Positions 28,010 to 37,760 of a stretch of DNA of 64,000 nucleotides are shown here, piece after piece. The notes below the pieces were generated by a model, which had not been told where the DNA came from, ran no database searches, and saw only the letters and a program-made list of their open reading frames with translations. The position numbers and the translations under genes are program-made. Origin of the DNA: Actinomycetes bacterium (lineage in GTDB: Bacteria > Actinomycetota > CALGFH01); contig DASYUT010000164.1 in assembly GCA_036000965.1 (NCBI GenBank), positions 1,932 through 65,931 of the forward strand, given 5' to 3'. How positions within the stretch are numbered: the first letter of the stretch is position 1; each line of letters opens with the position of its first letter.

Positions 28010-28169
28010 CCCGGCTGTAGCGGTCGAGCATGGCGGCGTCTCGGCCGGGGCGGGAGACGGCCGGCGGCGGCGCTCGGGGGGGCCGAAGCGCCGCCACCCG
28101 CCGGTTGGTGGTTGGAGGCGGGGGTCGAGCCCGGGGGGGCCAAGGCCGTTCCCCCGCCTTCCAACCGGC

Positions 28170-29096
28170 TCAGCCGGGTCCCCGGGTGGGGAACCGGCCA
28201 TCGTCGGCATGCGGCGCCGGTTGGGCGGCGTCCCGTGGGTCCGGCCAGGTGCCCGCGAGGCCAGGGATCCCGGCCTCGCGGAGGGCCTGGTCAAACGGCA
28301 CGCCGCGCTCCCAGAGGCGCTCGAACGCCTGATACAGGACGAACGCCAGCCCGGTATGCCGGATCAGCAGCGACTCGAGCTGGGCGCCAGGGCCCTCGCC
28401 GCCGGGGCTGTACAGGTTGAGGACCATCGAGCGGCGGTCGAACAGGGTGAAATGGACCCCGACCTCGTCGACCACCCGGCACTGCTCGCCCCGGCTGGCG
28501 TAGAAGCCGACGTACTCCCGGTGCGGGGCGCTCGCGCAGACCGCGCGCTCGTGCACGGTCCGGAAGCGAACGCCGGCGGCGGCGAGGCGCTCGAGCATGG
28601 CCGGGCTGTCGACCGCGTCCCAGGGCATCGCGGCCAGGCAGACGACCTCCTCCCCGGCCTCGGCCATCGCCTGCTCGTAGCAGTCGAGGACCTGGTCACG
28701 GCGGCGCAGCAGCTCGACCGGCTCGTGCGGCGAGCCTCGGCGGCGACCGCCGGGGAGCTCCTCGAGCGCGTGGAGGATGCCTGACAGGGCCGCGTTCCGC
28801 TTGCGTGCCTGCTCGTTGGCGTACGCCTCGAGCCGGCCAATGGCCTCGTTGGGCGGCACCACCCGGAACCGCGCCATCGTGGCGCCGGCGACCTCGGTGC
28901 AGAGCCCGGCCCGGACGAGCGAGCGGATCAGCTCGTAGGCCCGGGAGCGCGGCAGCCCGGCCTGCTGGGCGACCTCGGCGACCCGGTAGGCGCGGGGCGC
29001 CAGCATGACGACGTAGCAGCGCGCCTCCCCCTGGCCCAAGCCATACCGTACGAGGCGATCGATGAGACCGGTCTCGTCGACTGGCTGGGCGGTCAT
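28170..29096 (-). CDS. TrmB-family transcriptional regulator (paralog 1)
   Basis: Start MTAQPVDETGLIDRLVRYGLGQGEARCYVVMLAPRAYRVAEVAQQAGLPRSRAYELIRSLVRAGL (TrmB wHTH), followed by a C-terminal sugar-binding-like domain; 308 aa. Confidence 0.7.
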   Translation of the reverse strand: MTAQPVDETGLIDRLVRYGLGQGEARCYVVMLAPRAYRVAEVAQQAGLPRSRAYELIRSLVRAGLCTEVAGATMARFRVVPPNEAIGRLEAYANEQARKRNAALSGILHALEELPGGRRRGSPHEPVELLRRRDQVLDCYEQAMAEAGEEVVCLAAMPWDAVDSPAMLERLAAAGVRFRTVHERAVCASAPHREYVGFYASRGEQCRVVDEVGVHFTLFDRRSMVLNLYSPGGEGPGAQLESLLIRHTGLAFVLYQAFERLWERGVPFDQALREAGIPGLAGTWPDPRDAAQPAPHADDGRFPTRGPG

Positions 29097-29202
29097 TCGG
29101 AACTCCCCCCCGGGGACAACACGGCGACGGGAACAGTAGGGAGATGGACGGTGTACGTCAAGGCGGGTCATCGCGAATCGAGCACTCAATTGCACCCGCA
29201 AA

Positions 29203-30027
29203 TTATCCGCCCGGTTCCTCGGCGGACCGGGCACCCGCCCAGGAGATGTCGAACGCCTCGGTCAGCAGGCTCGAGAGCCCGGGGTGCTCGAGCACGATCC
29301 AGGTGCCGGGACCGCTCAGCAAGCCCGACTGGTTCAGGCTGATCACGCTCGTGCGCCGGTCGACGACGCACATGCCGACGGTGACCAGCTCCACGAAGCG
29401 GACCTCCTCGCCGCGGCCCTGCCGTTCGGCCAGCCGCGAGCGGAAATCGTCGTCATCGAGGAAGCCGCACTCGTAGAGCGAACGGTAGCGAACGCCTGGG
29501 CGCAGCCCCAGCTGGTCGGCGGTTGGCGGGTCGACCCCCTCGGGCGCGAGCCGGCGGGCGCGCACCACCTCCGACCGCGCCCCAGCGGCCAGCGCCTCGC
29601 GGCGGGCCGAGGCCGCCTCGGAGTTGCGGACCAGCTCGACGAAGTCGAACGGGTCGTCGCCGTGGGGTGCGGAGTAGTAGCGGGCGAACAGGTCGGCGAC
29701 CAGCCGGCCGGTGTCCTCCACCAGCGACGCCTGCTCGACCACGATCTGCTGGCGCAGGCGCTGCACGACCAGTTTGGGGTCGGCCGCGCGGAAGCGGGCC
29801 ACCCGGCCGGCCTCCTCGGTGAACATGCCCTTGTCGACCAGCTGGCGGAGCGCGTCGTACGCCTTGGTCCGGGTCACGCCCGCCTGCTCGGCCAGCTCGG
29901 CCGCACGCATGGCGGCCTGGCCGTACGCGGCCAGGTAGAGCCGAGCCTCGTTGCGGGTGAGGCCGAGCTCGGTCAGCGCAGCGACCAGCTCGCCCTCGTC
30001 CTCCCATCCCGGTTCGCGAATGGCCAT
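29203..30027 (-). CDS. TrmB-family transcriptional regulator (paralog 2)
   Basis: Start MAIREPGWEDEGELVAALTELGLTRNEARLYLAAYGQAAMRAAELAEQAGVTRTKAYDALRQLVDKGM…; 274 aa. Tandem with paralog 1. Confidence 0.7.
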   Translation of the reverse strand: MAIREPGWEDEGELVAALTELGLTRNEARLYLAAYGQAAMRAAELAEQAGVTRTKAYDALRQLVDKGMFTEEAGRVARFRAADPKLVVQRLRQQIVVEQASLVEDTGRLVADLFARYYSAPHGDDPFDFVELVRNSEAASARREALAAGARSEVVRARRLAPEGVDPPTADQLGLRPGVRYRSLYECGFLDDDDFRSRLAERQGRGEEVRFVELVTVGMCVVDRRTSVISLNQSGLLSGPGTWIVLEHPGLSSLLTEAFDISWAGARSAEEPGG

Positions 30028-30124
30028 GGCAGGCGGTCGTGCTCTCGAAGGCACCGACGGGGCAGACGAACGATACGTGACTTGCGAAGAAGTTTCACCG
30101 TGCCTCGCGGGCCTCAGGTGGTGG

Positions 30125-32248
30125 TCAGCCCCGGGAGAGCCACTCGGCCCGGTCGGGGCCGAGACGGGTGAGCACCTCCTGGTACAAGGCCCGGTGATCC
30201 GGGCTGGCGAGCTCCGGGTCGGCCTCGACCAGCGCGAACGCGTCCCCCCTGGCCTTGCGCACCCAGCCGAAGTCCTCGATCAGGCGGGCCAGCTTGAGGT
30301 CGGACAGGCCCGACTGCCTGGCGTCGAACACGGTCCCCTCGCCCCGGATGCGGAGATCCTCGTTGGCCAGCTCGAAGCCGTCGTTGGTGCGCGTGATCGC
30401 CTCCATGCGGGCGCGCCCCTCGTCGGTGACCGGGTCGGCGAACAGGATGCACAGGCCGGGCGCCTCGCCCCGGCCGACCCGCCCGCGGAGCTGGTGGAGC
30501 TGGGAGAGCCCGAAGCGGTCGGCGTCCTCGATGAGCATGACGGTGGCGTTGGGCACGTCCACGCCGACCTCGATCACGGTGGTGGAGACCAGCACGTCGA
30601 CCGCGCCGGCGCGGAACGCGTCCATGGTGGCTTCCTTCTCGCGGGCCGGCATGTCGCCGTAGACGAGACCCACCCGCAGCCCGGGGAACACCTCGGCGCG
30701 CAGCCGCTCGGCCTCCGCCTTGGCCGCCCGGACCTCGAGCTTGTCGGAGTCGTCCTTGAGCGCGCACACCACGTACGCCTGGTGGCCGCCGGCGACCTCC
30801 TCGCGGACCCGCTCGTAGGCCCGGTCGCGCAGGGCCTGGTCGCTCACCAGGTGGGTGGCGACCGGGGTACGGCCCGGTGGCAGCTCGTCGAGGGTGGAGA
30901 CGTCGAGGTCGCCGTACAGGGTGAGCGCGATCGTGCGCGGGATCGGGGTCGCGGTCATGATCAGCACGTGCGGGCTGTCGCCCTTCTCGCGCAGCCGCAC
31001 CCGCTGGTGCACGCCGAAGCGGTGCTGCTCGTCGACGACCACCGCGCCGAGCCGGTGGAACTCGACCCCCTCCGAGAGCAGCGCGTGGGTGCCGACCAGG
31101 ATGTCGACCTCCCCGGCGGCCACCGCCGCGAGCAGCCGCTCGCGGCTCCCGCCGGTGGTCGCCGCGGTCAGCACCTCGACCCGCGGCCCGCCGAACAGCC
31201 CGCCCCCCTCCCCCAGCGGCCCGAGCAGCCCACGCAGGTTGATGAAGTGCTGGTCGGCCAGCACCTCGGTGGGCGCCATGAGCGCCCCCTGGAAGCCCGA
31301 CTGCACCGCGCAGAGCAGGGCCCAGAGGGACAGGAGCGTCTTGCCCGATCCGACGTCCCCCTGGAGGAGGCGGTGCATGGGCACCGGGCGGGCGAGGTCG
31401 GCGCCGATCTCGGTCATGGCGCGGGTCTGGGCGCCAGTGGGGGTGAACGGCAGGGTGGCCAGGAGCTGCTTGGTGAGGTGGCCGTCGGGGGCCAGGGCGT
31501 GACCGCTCTCGCCGGTGGCCAGAGCACGGCGGCGCAGGGCGAGGCCGACCTGGAGCACCAGCAGCTCGTCGTAGACAAGCCGGTCGCGGGCGCGCCCCTT
31601 GGCCGCCATGTCGGGCGGGCGGTGGACCGCCTCCAGCGCCTCGGCCCGGCCCGGGAGGCGGTGGGCGCGGCGCAGCTCCTCGGGCAGGAAGTCGGGCACC
31701 CGGCCGTAGCGGTCGAGCAGGGCGGCGATGGCCCGGCGGAGCCGCCCGGAGGAGACGTCCTTGGTCGCCGGGTAGACCGAGATGATCTCGCTGGCGAACC
31801 CCTCGGCGTCGTCGCTCTCACGCAGCACCTCGTAGCCGGGGTTGGCCATGCCGAGGCGGCCGGCCTTCCACTCGAGCTTGCCCGAGAACGCGGCCAGGGT
31901 GCCGACCGGCAGCTTCTGGGCGTGCCAGGGCTGGTTGAACCAGGTGCAGGTCCACACGCCGCTGCGGTTCTCGTCGGCGACCCGCACCTCGAGGATGCGC
32001 AGGTTGCGACGCGGCTGCTTCTTGGCCAGGTTCTTGACCGTGCCGACCACGGTGATCACCGCGCCCTTCTTGGCGTGGGCCAGGTCGGTCAGCTCGCCGC
32101 GGGTGAGGTAGCGGCGGGGGTAGTGCTCGAGCAGGTCGCGGACGGTGCGGTAGCCGAACGCCTCCTCGACCGCCCGGGCGAGGGCCTTGGGCACCTCGGG
32201 CACGGCGCCCAGCCGGGCGCCGAGCGGGTCGGCCGTCGTGCTGTCCAC
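30125..32248 (-). CDS. recG: ATP-dependent DNA helicase RecG
   Basis: 707 aa. Wedge/N-domain, helicase motifs (…LLQGDVGSGKTLLSLWALL…, …DEQHRFGV…, …LIMTATPIPRT…, C-terminal …HQLRGRVGRGE…). Confidence 0.9.
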   Translation of the reverse strand: MDSTTADPLGARLGAVPEVPKALARAVEEAFGYRTVRDLLEHYPRRYLTRGELTDLAHAKKGAVITVVGTVKNLAKKQPRRNLRILEVRVADENRSGVWTCTWFNQPWHAQKLPVGTLAAFSGKLEWKAGRLGMANPGYEVLRESDDAEGFASEIISVYPATKDVSSGRLRRAIAALLDRYGRVPDFLPEELRRAHRLPGRAEALEAVHRPPDMAAKGRARDRLVYDELLVLQVGLALRRRALATGESGHALAPDGHLTKQLLATLPFTPTGAQTRAMTEIGADLARPVPMHRLLQGDVGSGKTLLSLWALLCAVQSGFQGALMAPTEVLADQHFINLRGLLGPLGEGGGLFGGPRVEVLTAATTGGSRERLLAAVAAGEVDILVGTHALLSEGVEFHRLGAVVVDEQHRFGVHQRVRLREKGDSPHVLIMTATPIPRTIALTLYGDLDVSTLDELPPGRTPVATHLVSDQALRDRAYERVREEVAGGHQAYVVCALKDDSDKLEVRAAKAEAERLRAEVFPGLRVGLVYGDMPAREKEATMDAFRAGAVDVLVSTTVIEVGVDVPNATVMLIEDADRFGLSQLHQLRGRVGRGEAPGLCILFADPVTDEGRARMEAITRTNDGFELANEDLRIRGEGTVFDARQSGLSDLKLARLIEDFGWVRKARGDAFALVEADPELASPDHRALYQEVLTRLGPDRAEWLSRG

Positions 32249-32324
32249 TACGCGGGCAGTATAGGGGCGTCGCGGGACACCCTCTCGCGGGACACCCTCT
32301 GCCGTGCGGGCAGAGGGACATACC

Positions 32325-32516
32325 TCAGACGGCCTTGCGAACCTTGTTCGCCTTGATGCACGAAGTGCACACGTTCCGCCGCACCGGCGTCCGACCCTCG
32401 ATCACCCGGATCCGCTGAATGTTCGGGTTCCAGCGCCGAGGGTGGCGTTTGTGGGAGAAGCTGACGCGCATGCCGAACCCCGGGCGCTTGCCACACACGT
32501 CACAGACCGCAGCCAT
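32325..32516 (-). CDS. rpmB: 50S ribosomal protein L28
   Basis: [63 protein letters not shown]; 63 aa from the ATG complementing 32514-32516. Confidence 0.9.
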   Translation of the reverse strand: MAAVCDVCGKRPGFGMRVSFSHKRHPRRWNPNIQRIRVIEGRTPVRRNVCTSCIKANKVRKAV

Positions 32517-32773
32517 GGGTGAACCTTTCACGGTGGAGGGGATCGTCCTTCCTCGAAGGACGCGTCGGCTACGGTAGCACCGCGCTCCACCACCAGGCAC
32601 ATCCGTGCAAGCTAAGGAGCCGATGCAGATGCCGACCTCGCCGCCCGCGGGCTCGGCGTGCTCGCGGTCGCCACCCTGACCCGCCGGTAGCCCCCTCTGC
32701 GGGGCAGGGGCGGCGGCAGGCCGGAGTTCCAGCATGACCCCGGCCAGGCAGCTCCCTCAGGCGGCAGAGGACG

Positions 32774-34141
32774 TCAAGCCCCGACCTCAGCCAGCGCGAC
32801 CCTCAGCTGCTCGTCGAGCTGGCGTACCGGCCGCGTGTCCTTCCACGGCTCGAGACGGGCGCGCAGGTCCCGGAGCCGCCGCAGCCCGACCGCCGACTGG
32901 GTCTGCTCCACGACGGCCAGGGCCAGGCCGGCGAGCCGGCATGCCTCCTCGATCTCACCCTGGTGGACGTGCGCGGACGCGAGGTCGGCCAGGATGATCG
33001 AGCGCTTCTTGGTCATGGACGGCCGCAGCGACGCCAGCGCCTCCTTGGAGATCTTCTGCGCCGCCCGGGGCTCGATCCCTATGAGGCTGTTCACCTTCAT
33101 GCCGTCGAGGCGGGCGCGGTCGAAGAACCCGATCCAGCTCGGGTCGGCCCCGGGTTCCGCCTTCTCGAACGCGGCGTCGGCGCGGGCCAGGGCGGCCCGG
33201 GTGGCGCGGGCGTCGCCCATGCCGGCGTGCGCCTCGGCCTCCAGACCGGCGAGCCAGGCGCGGGTCGTCGCCGTGGTGCTCCGCGCGCCGGCGCGCTGCG
33301 CGTCGCGCACCAGCGCGAGCGCGGTGCGCTGGTCGCCCACGGCGCTGGGCCGGAAGCTCATCATGCCGAGCACCCAGGCGCAGAGGGCACGGTCGTCGGT
33401 CTCCTTGGCCGCGTCCAGGGCCGCGTCGTAGTAGCCGCGGGTCGCGTTCGCGTCGCCCAGCTCGAACGACAGCCAGCCGGCGAGCGCCGCGGTCTCGCCG
33501 GCAGAGCGGCTCAGCCGCCGGCGCATCGGGCCGGACGTCGAGCCCTGGAGGTAGTAGACCAGCCGTCCGAGGTGCTGGGTGACGCCGCCGAGCAGCTCGC
33601 GGGCGGGGACCTTCTCCTCGCTCCGGTAGAACTCCGCGGTCAGCTCCTCCATGCGCTCGACCATGGCGGGGCCGATCGCGGCCGTCCGCTTCAGCGCGAC
33701 CGACAGTTGCTCCCAGGGCTGCTGCTCGAACAGGTCGAGCGGCTTCGCCACCGCCGCGGCGCCGGCGACCACGGCGGCCTGGCGGAGGAACGCGCGTCGG
33801 GCCACGTCCATGACCGAGCTCCAGAGGTCGTACAGGATGGGGGGGTCGTCCTGCGTCGATGGTAACAACGACTCCCCGGGCACCGGCTCGGGGTCGTCGA
33901 CGAACCCGAGCTCGTGTGCTTGCTTCCCGTACAGCAGGCAGAGGTATCTCCGGTAGCGCGGCTCCGGCTTGCGCGCCCCCCGCTCCCACCGGCCGACGGT
34001 GTTCTCGTCCACGCCGACCTGGGTCTCGCCGTGGCTCGTCATGAGGCGTTGTAGCTGGTCAGCAGCCTCTCGCTGCGACCAGCCGCGCGAGTCGCGCGCT
34101 CGTCGCAGCCGCGAGTTGGCGCTCCGCCCCGTGGCCGTCAT
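32774..34141 (-). CDS. XRE-family transcriptional regulator with a large C-terminal helical (TPR-like) domain
   Basis: 455 aa. N-terminal HTH (RLRRARDSRGWSQREAADQLQRLMTSHGE…TVGRWERG). The ~380-aa C-terminal region is of the type usually paired with DUF397 in actinomycetes, but no DUF397 gene is adjacent. Confidence 0.7.
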   Translation of the reverse strand: MTATGRSANSRLRRARDSRGWSQREAADQLQRLMTSHGETQVGVDENTVGRWERGARKPEPRYRRYLCLLYGKQAHELGFVDDPEPVPGESLLPSTQDDPPILYDLWSSVMDVARRAFLRQAAVVAGAAAVAKPLDLFEQQPWEQLSVALKRTAAIGPAMVERMEELTAEFYRSEEKVPARELLGGVTQHLGRLVYYLQGSTSGPMRRRLSRSAGETAALAGWLSFELGDANATRGYYDAALDAAKETDDRALCAWVLGMMSFRPSAVGDQRTALALVRDAQRAGARSTTATTRAWLAGLEAEAHAGMGDARATRAALARADAAFEKAEPGADPSWIGFFDRARLDGMKVNSLIGIEPRAAQKISKEALASLRPSMTKKRSIILADLASAHVHQGEIEEACRLAGLALAVVEQTQSAVGLRRLRDLRARLEPWKDTRPVRQLDEQLRVALAEVGA

Positions 34142-34347
34142 CGCCCGTTCCCTCCGAGGAACCCGGACGCTTCCTCTCCCGCCGGCGCCTGCTTCTGGCC
34201 TGTTGCTGGCCTGCTCATGGCCTCTTCAGACGCTGTGCTCGATGTACCCATGCTACTGCTCTCTTGCTTGAAGTTGCGAGATGGACCATCCGAGGGGTTC
34301 GTCACGGCGTCAGTCGGTCGCAACGTGCTTCAACGGAGGGAGCACCT

Positions 34348-35007
34348 GTGAGAAGACGCTGGAACGAGAACGGTCTGCTCGCCGCCGCGCTCGAGTACGC
34401 GGCGCTCGGCATCCCGGTGGTCCCCGGCCACTACCCGGGGGTCACGTCGCGGACCGGCCGCCGGCCGGGCACGGTCTGCTCATGCGCCAGGCTCGGCTGC
34501 CTGCACCCCAGCGAGCACCCCTTCGTCGGGCTCGAGCAGGCGACCACCGATCCGGCCCAGCTCGAGCAGTGGTGGCTGGAAGCGCCGCGAGCGAACGTGA
34601 TCCTGGCCACCGGGGTGGCCTTTGACGTGCTCGACGCCGGCGCGGTCCCCGGCGAGGCGATCACCCGCCGGCTCGACGGGACGGGCTGGGCGGGGCCGCT
34701 CGCCCGGACGGGCGGCGGGCGCTGGCACCTCTATCTGCCGCCCTCACTGGCCGGGACCACCCTGCTCCGGCCGACCGAGCGCAACCCCGGCCGCCAGCTC
34801 TACCTCCACGGCACTGGCGGGTACGTGACCGCACCGCCGAGCCGCCACGTCACCGGGGTCGCCGGCCGCTGGGTCCGCCCCCCGCGCCTCCCGGTCCCGG
34901 AGCTCCCGGTGCCGCTGGGCGCGCTGCTCGGCGACCCTCCCGGCCCGGGCCGCCAGGGGTTCGACCCCATGCTTGGGCACCTGGCCACGGGGCGGGTGGC
35001 GGGTTGA
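34348..35007 (+). CDS. Bifunctional DNA primase/polymerase (Prim-Pol) N-terminal-domain protein
   Basis: GTG start preceded by GGAGGGA. Sequence …LAAALEYAALGIPVVPGHYPG…CSCARLGCLHPSEHPFVGLEQATTDPAQLEQWWLEAPRANVILATGVAFDVLD… matches the Prim-Pol signature; 219 aa. Confidence 0.6.
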   Translation: MRRRWNENGLLAAALEYAALGIPVVPGHYPGVTSRTGRRPGTVCSCARLGCLHPSEHPFVGLEQATTDPAQLEQWWLEAPRANVILATGVAFDVLDAGAVPGEAITRRLDGTGWAGPLARTGGGRWHLYLPPSLAGTTLLRPTERNPGRQLYLHGTGGYVTAPPSRHVTGVAGRWVRPPRLPVPELPVPLGALLGDPPGPGRQGFDPMLGHLATGRVAG

Positions 35008-35352
35008 CCCGCTGCCACCCCATCCCGGCCCCGCCCGACGACGAGCCCACACCATCCATGCAAGGCGGAGCGCCGGCACCGGGGGGACCGTGGCCCGGGA
35101 CGGCGCTGCCCGCGGGGCCGGAGCCAGAGGCGCCGCAGCGGTAGGGAGCGGCGCCCGCCGCTGCGGCCCCCCCCTTCGGGCTCGTGGGGGTTGCGCGCGC
35201 AAGTGTTGCATGATCTCTTCCCGGTTGCGGCAGCGCCCCCAGCGGGTCACGGCCGGGCTCGCGAGGTCGCACCATGTCGGCCGGCGCTCCCGGAGCATCG
35301 TCCCGGGCCGCGCCGGGCCGCGCCCGCTCACGATCCCCGGAGACGATGCGAC

Positions 35353-36537
35353 ATGACCGAGCAGCCAACCCCGCCCGGGACCCCCGGTGCGGCACCGGCA
35401 CCAGGACCACCACCGGCCTCCCCGACCGTTGGCGACTGGGTCGACCTGGTCCACCGCCGCTGGCCCACGGCCACCGCCGAGCCCTGGGACAACGTCGGGC
35501 TGCAGGTCGGCGATCCGGCCGCGGCGGCCCCCACGGTGCTCGTCACGCTCGACGTGACCGCGGCCGTCCTGGCCGAGGCGGCCGAGGCCGGAGCCGGCCT
35601 GGTCGTCGCCCACCACCCGCTGGTGTTCCGGCCGCTCTCGTCGGTCCAGGCTGGCGACCCGGTCAGCAGCCTGGTGCTGCGGGCCGCCCGGCAGGGCGCG
35701 GCGGTGCTCGCCGTCCACACCAACTTCGACGTGGCCGCCGCCGGGTCGCCGTCGGACGTGGTCGCCGACCTCCTCGACCTCGCCGACCGGCGACCGCTGC
35801 GGCCTGCCCGCGCCGTATCGGACGCCGCCTACAAGTACGTCGTGTTCTGCCCGGTTGAGGCGACCGCCAAGGTACTCGACGCCGCCGCGCGGGCGGGCGC
35901 CGGCGTGATCGGCAACTACTCCCACTGCTCGTTCCGCACCCCGGGCACGGGCACGTTCCTGCCCGAGGAGGGCGCCCACCCGGCCGTCGGCGAGGTCGCC
36001 ACGCTCAACCAGGTCTCCGAGGAGCGCCTCGAGCTGCTCGTGCCGGCCGGCCGGCTGGCGGACGTGCAGGCCGCCGTGGTCGCCGCCCATCCCTACGAGG
36101 AGGTGGCCGCCGACACCTACCCGCTGCATACCGGCGCCGGCCTCGGCCTCGGCCGGGTCGGGCGCCTGCGGGCGCCTGCGCCGCTCGCCACCCTGGCCGG
36201 GCGGCTGCGGGACAGCCTGCCCGCCCCCGGCCTGCGGATGGCTGGCGACCCCGACCGGCGGGTGGAGCGGGTGGCCGTGCTCGGCGGGTCCGGTGGCGAC
36301 GAGGTGGCCACCGCCGCCGCGGCCGGCGCCGACTGCTACGTGACCGGCGACTTGAAGCACCACCAGGTGCTGACCGCGCTCGCTGCGGGCATGGCCTGCA
36401 TCGACGCCACCCACGCGGCCACCGAACAGGCCGCCCTGCCTGGCCTGGCAGACCAGCTCCGGGCCGACGCGGCCACTCGCGGCTGGGCCGTCGAGGTGCG
36501 CCTCTCCGCGGTCCCGCCCCACCCGTTCGCGGGCTGA
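35353..36537 (+). CDS. Nif3-family dinuclear metal-centre protein (YqfO/GTP cyclohydrolase 1 type 2-like)
   Basis: MTEQPTPPG… with Nif3 N-lobe motifs (…VLVTLDVT…AGLVVAHHPLVFRPLSS…AVLAVHTNFD…), an insert domain, and a C-lobe (…CYVTGDLKHHQVL…DATHAATE…). Confidence 0.8.
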   Translation: MTEQPTPPGTPGAAPAPGPPPASPTVGDWVDLVHRRWPTATAEPWDNVGLQVGDPAAAAPTVLVTLDVTAAVLAEAAEAGAGLVVAHHPLVFRPLSSVQAGDPVSSLVLRAARQGAAVLAVHTNFDVAAAGSPSDVVADLLDLADRRPLRPARAVSDAAYKYVVFCPVEATAKVLDAAARAGAGVIGNYSHCSFRTPGTGTFLPEEGAHPAVGEVATLNQVSEERLELLVPAGRLADVQAAVVAAHPYEEVAADTYPLHTGAGLGLGRVGRLRAPAPLATLAGRLRDSLPAPGLRMAGDPDRRVERVAVLGGSGGDEVATAAAAGADCYVTGDLKHHQVLTALAAGMACIDATHAATEQAALPGLADQLRADAATRGWAVEVRLSAVPPHPFAG

Positions 36538-36559
36538 CCGCGCTGCGTTCCGAGCCGCT

Positions 36560-37282
36560 GTGGGGCAAGATGTGGCCCCGGGGACGAGCAGGGTCGGGAC
36601 GCCGGCCCCGGGCCGGAGGAGGCCGACGCTGTACCAGAGGGACTACATCCTCCGCCAGGTCGAGATGGCCGCGCAGATGCTCGCGCGCATCCTCGGGCTG
36701 GCCAAGGGCGGGCGCCGCGACGAGGCGATCGGGCTGTTCGAGCAGGCCTACCAGCCGCTGGTGGGGGTGAGCGGGCGGGTCGTGGCCGCCCTGAGCGAGG
36801 AGCAGCTGCTGACCCTGCTCACCTCGGGATCGAGCCCCGACCCCCGCCGGGTCACGGTCGCCGTCGAGCTGCTGGTGACCGAGGCCGACCTGCTGGCCGA
36901 GGCGGGCCGGTCGGCCGACGCCACCACCCGGTACCGGCGTGCCCTGGGCCTGGCCGCCTACCTGGCCAGCCACACGGGGAGCCTGCCGGACCCGGCCCTG
37001 GCCGCGCGGCTGGTCACCCGGGCCGGGCACCTCGACCTCTCCCCGCGGCAGCGCCTGCACCTGTGCCGCCTGCAGGAGGCGCTGGGACGCTACGCCGACG
37101 CCGAGGACTCGCTGTTCGAGGTGATCGACGACGACCCGGACGACACCGCCGCGGTCGACGAGGGGATCACCTTCTACCAGCGCCTGCTGGCCAGGGAGGA
37201 CGCCGAGCTGGAGGCCGGCGGCCTGCCCCGCGACGAGGTGCGGGCCGCCCTGTCCGAGCTGCTGCGCAGGCAGGTCGGCTAG
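36560..37282 (+). CDS. Hypothetical protein (helical, acidic; not recognised)
   Basis: 240-aa ORF immediately after Nif3 on the same strand, with codon usage consistent with neighbours. I do not recognise a family. The start is uncertain (internal MAAQMLARILGL is possible). Confidence 0.4.
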   Translation: MGQDVAPGTSRVGTPAPGRRRPTLYQRDYILRQVEMAAQMLARILGLAKGGRRDEAIGLFEQAYQPLVGVSGRVVAALSEEQLLTLLTSGSSPDPRRVTVAVELLVTEADLLAEAGRSADATTRYRRALGLAAYLASHTGSLPDPALAARLVTRAGHLDLSPRQRLHLCRLQEALGRYADAEDSLFEVIDDDPDDTAAVDEGITFYQRLLAREDAELEAGGLPRDEVRAALSELLRRQVG

Positions 37283-37429
37283 CAGGGCGCCGGCCAGCGG
37301 GCCTGTGAGCACCATTCATGCAGCTCAGAGCCATGCTCGCTCGAGGGTGCGGCCGGCAAGGCCGATCTCTGCCCCAACGGCCACAAGCTTGGAAGGCACA
37401 TCCGGGTTCTCCCCGCGCGGAGGCGGGTA

Positions 37430-37760
37430 CCGGGGGAGCGAGTGTCACGACGGCAACGAGCGGGAGACTGGGCTATGGCGCTGGTTCGCTGCGACCGCCG
37501 CGCCACCGAACGCGACGAGGCCGCGATCGCCCGCTGGCGCGCCGAGGAATGGCCCAGGATCAAGGGGGCGCTCGAGCGCGGCGCGTGGCTCTGCTTCCCG
37601 ACGAGTCCGGCGTCTCGCTGATCCCACCGGTGCGGCGCACCTGGGCGCCACGCGGGCAGACGCCGATCCTGCGGCACCGGGGCCACTGGAAGCGCGCCTC
37701 TTCCGTCCGCGGATCGGGATCCGCGGCGTACCTTCTTCCGCCGATAACGGGAGGATTGGT
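37430..37760 (+). mobile_element. IS630-family transposase fragment (central part, frameshifted)
   Basis: Frame c reads MALVRCDRRATERDEAAIARWRAEEWPRIKGALERGAWLCF. After a 1-nt slip in a CCC run, frame b reads PDESGVSLIPPVRRTWAPRGQTPILRHRGHWKRAS. This is the region around the first Asp of the DDE_3 domain. It is truncated at the stop of the convergent gene at 37760. Confidence 0.55.

Noticed and set aside
34744-36522. 592-aa minus-strand ORF
   Set aside because: Antisense of the Nif3 gene with no recognisable motifs. The plus strand has the clear Nif3 signature.
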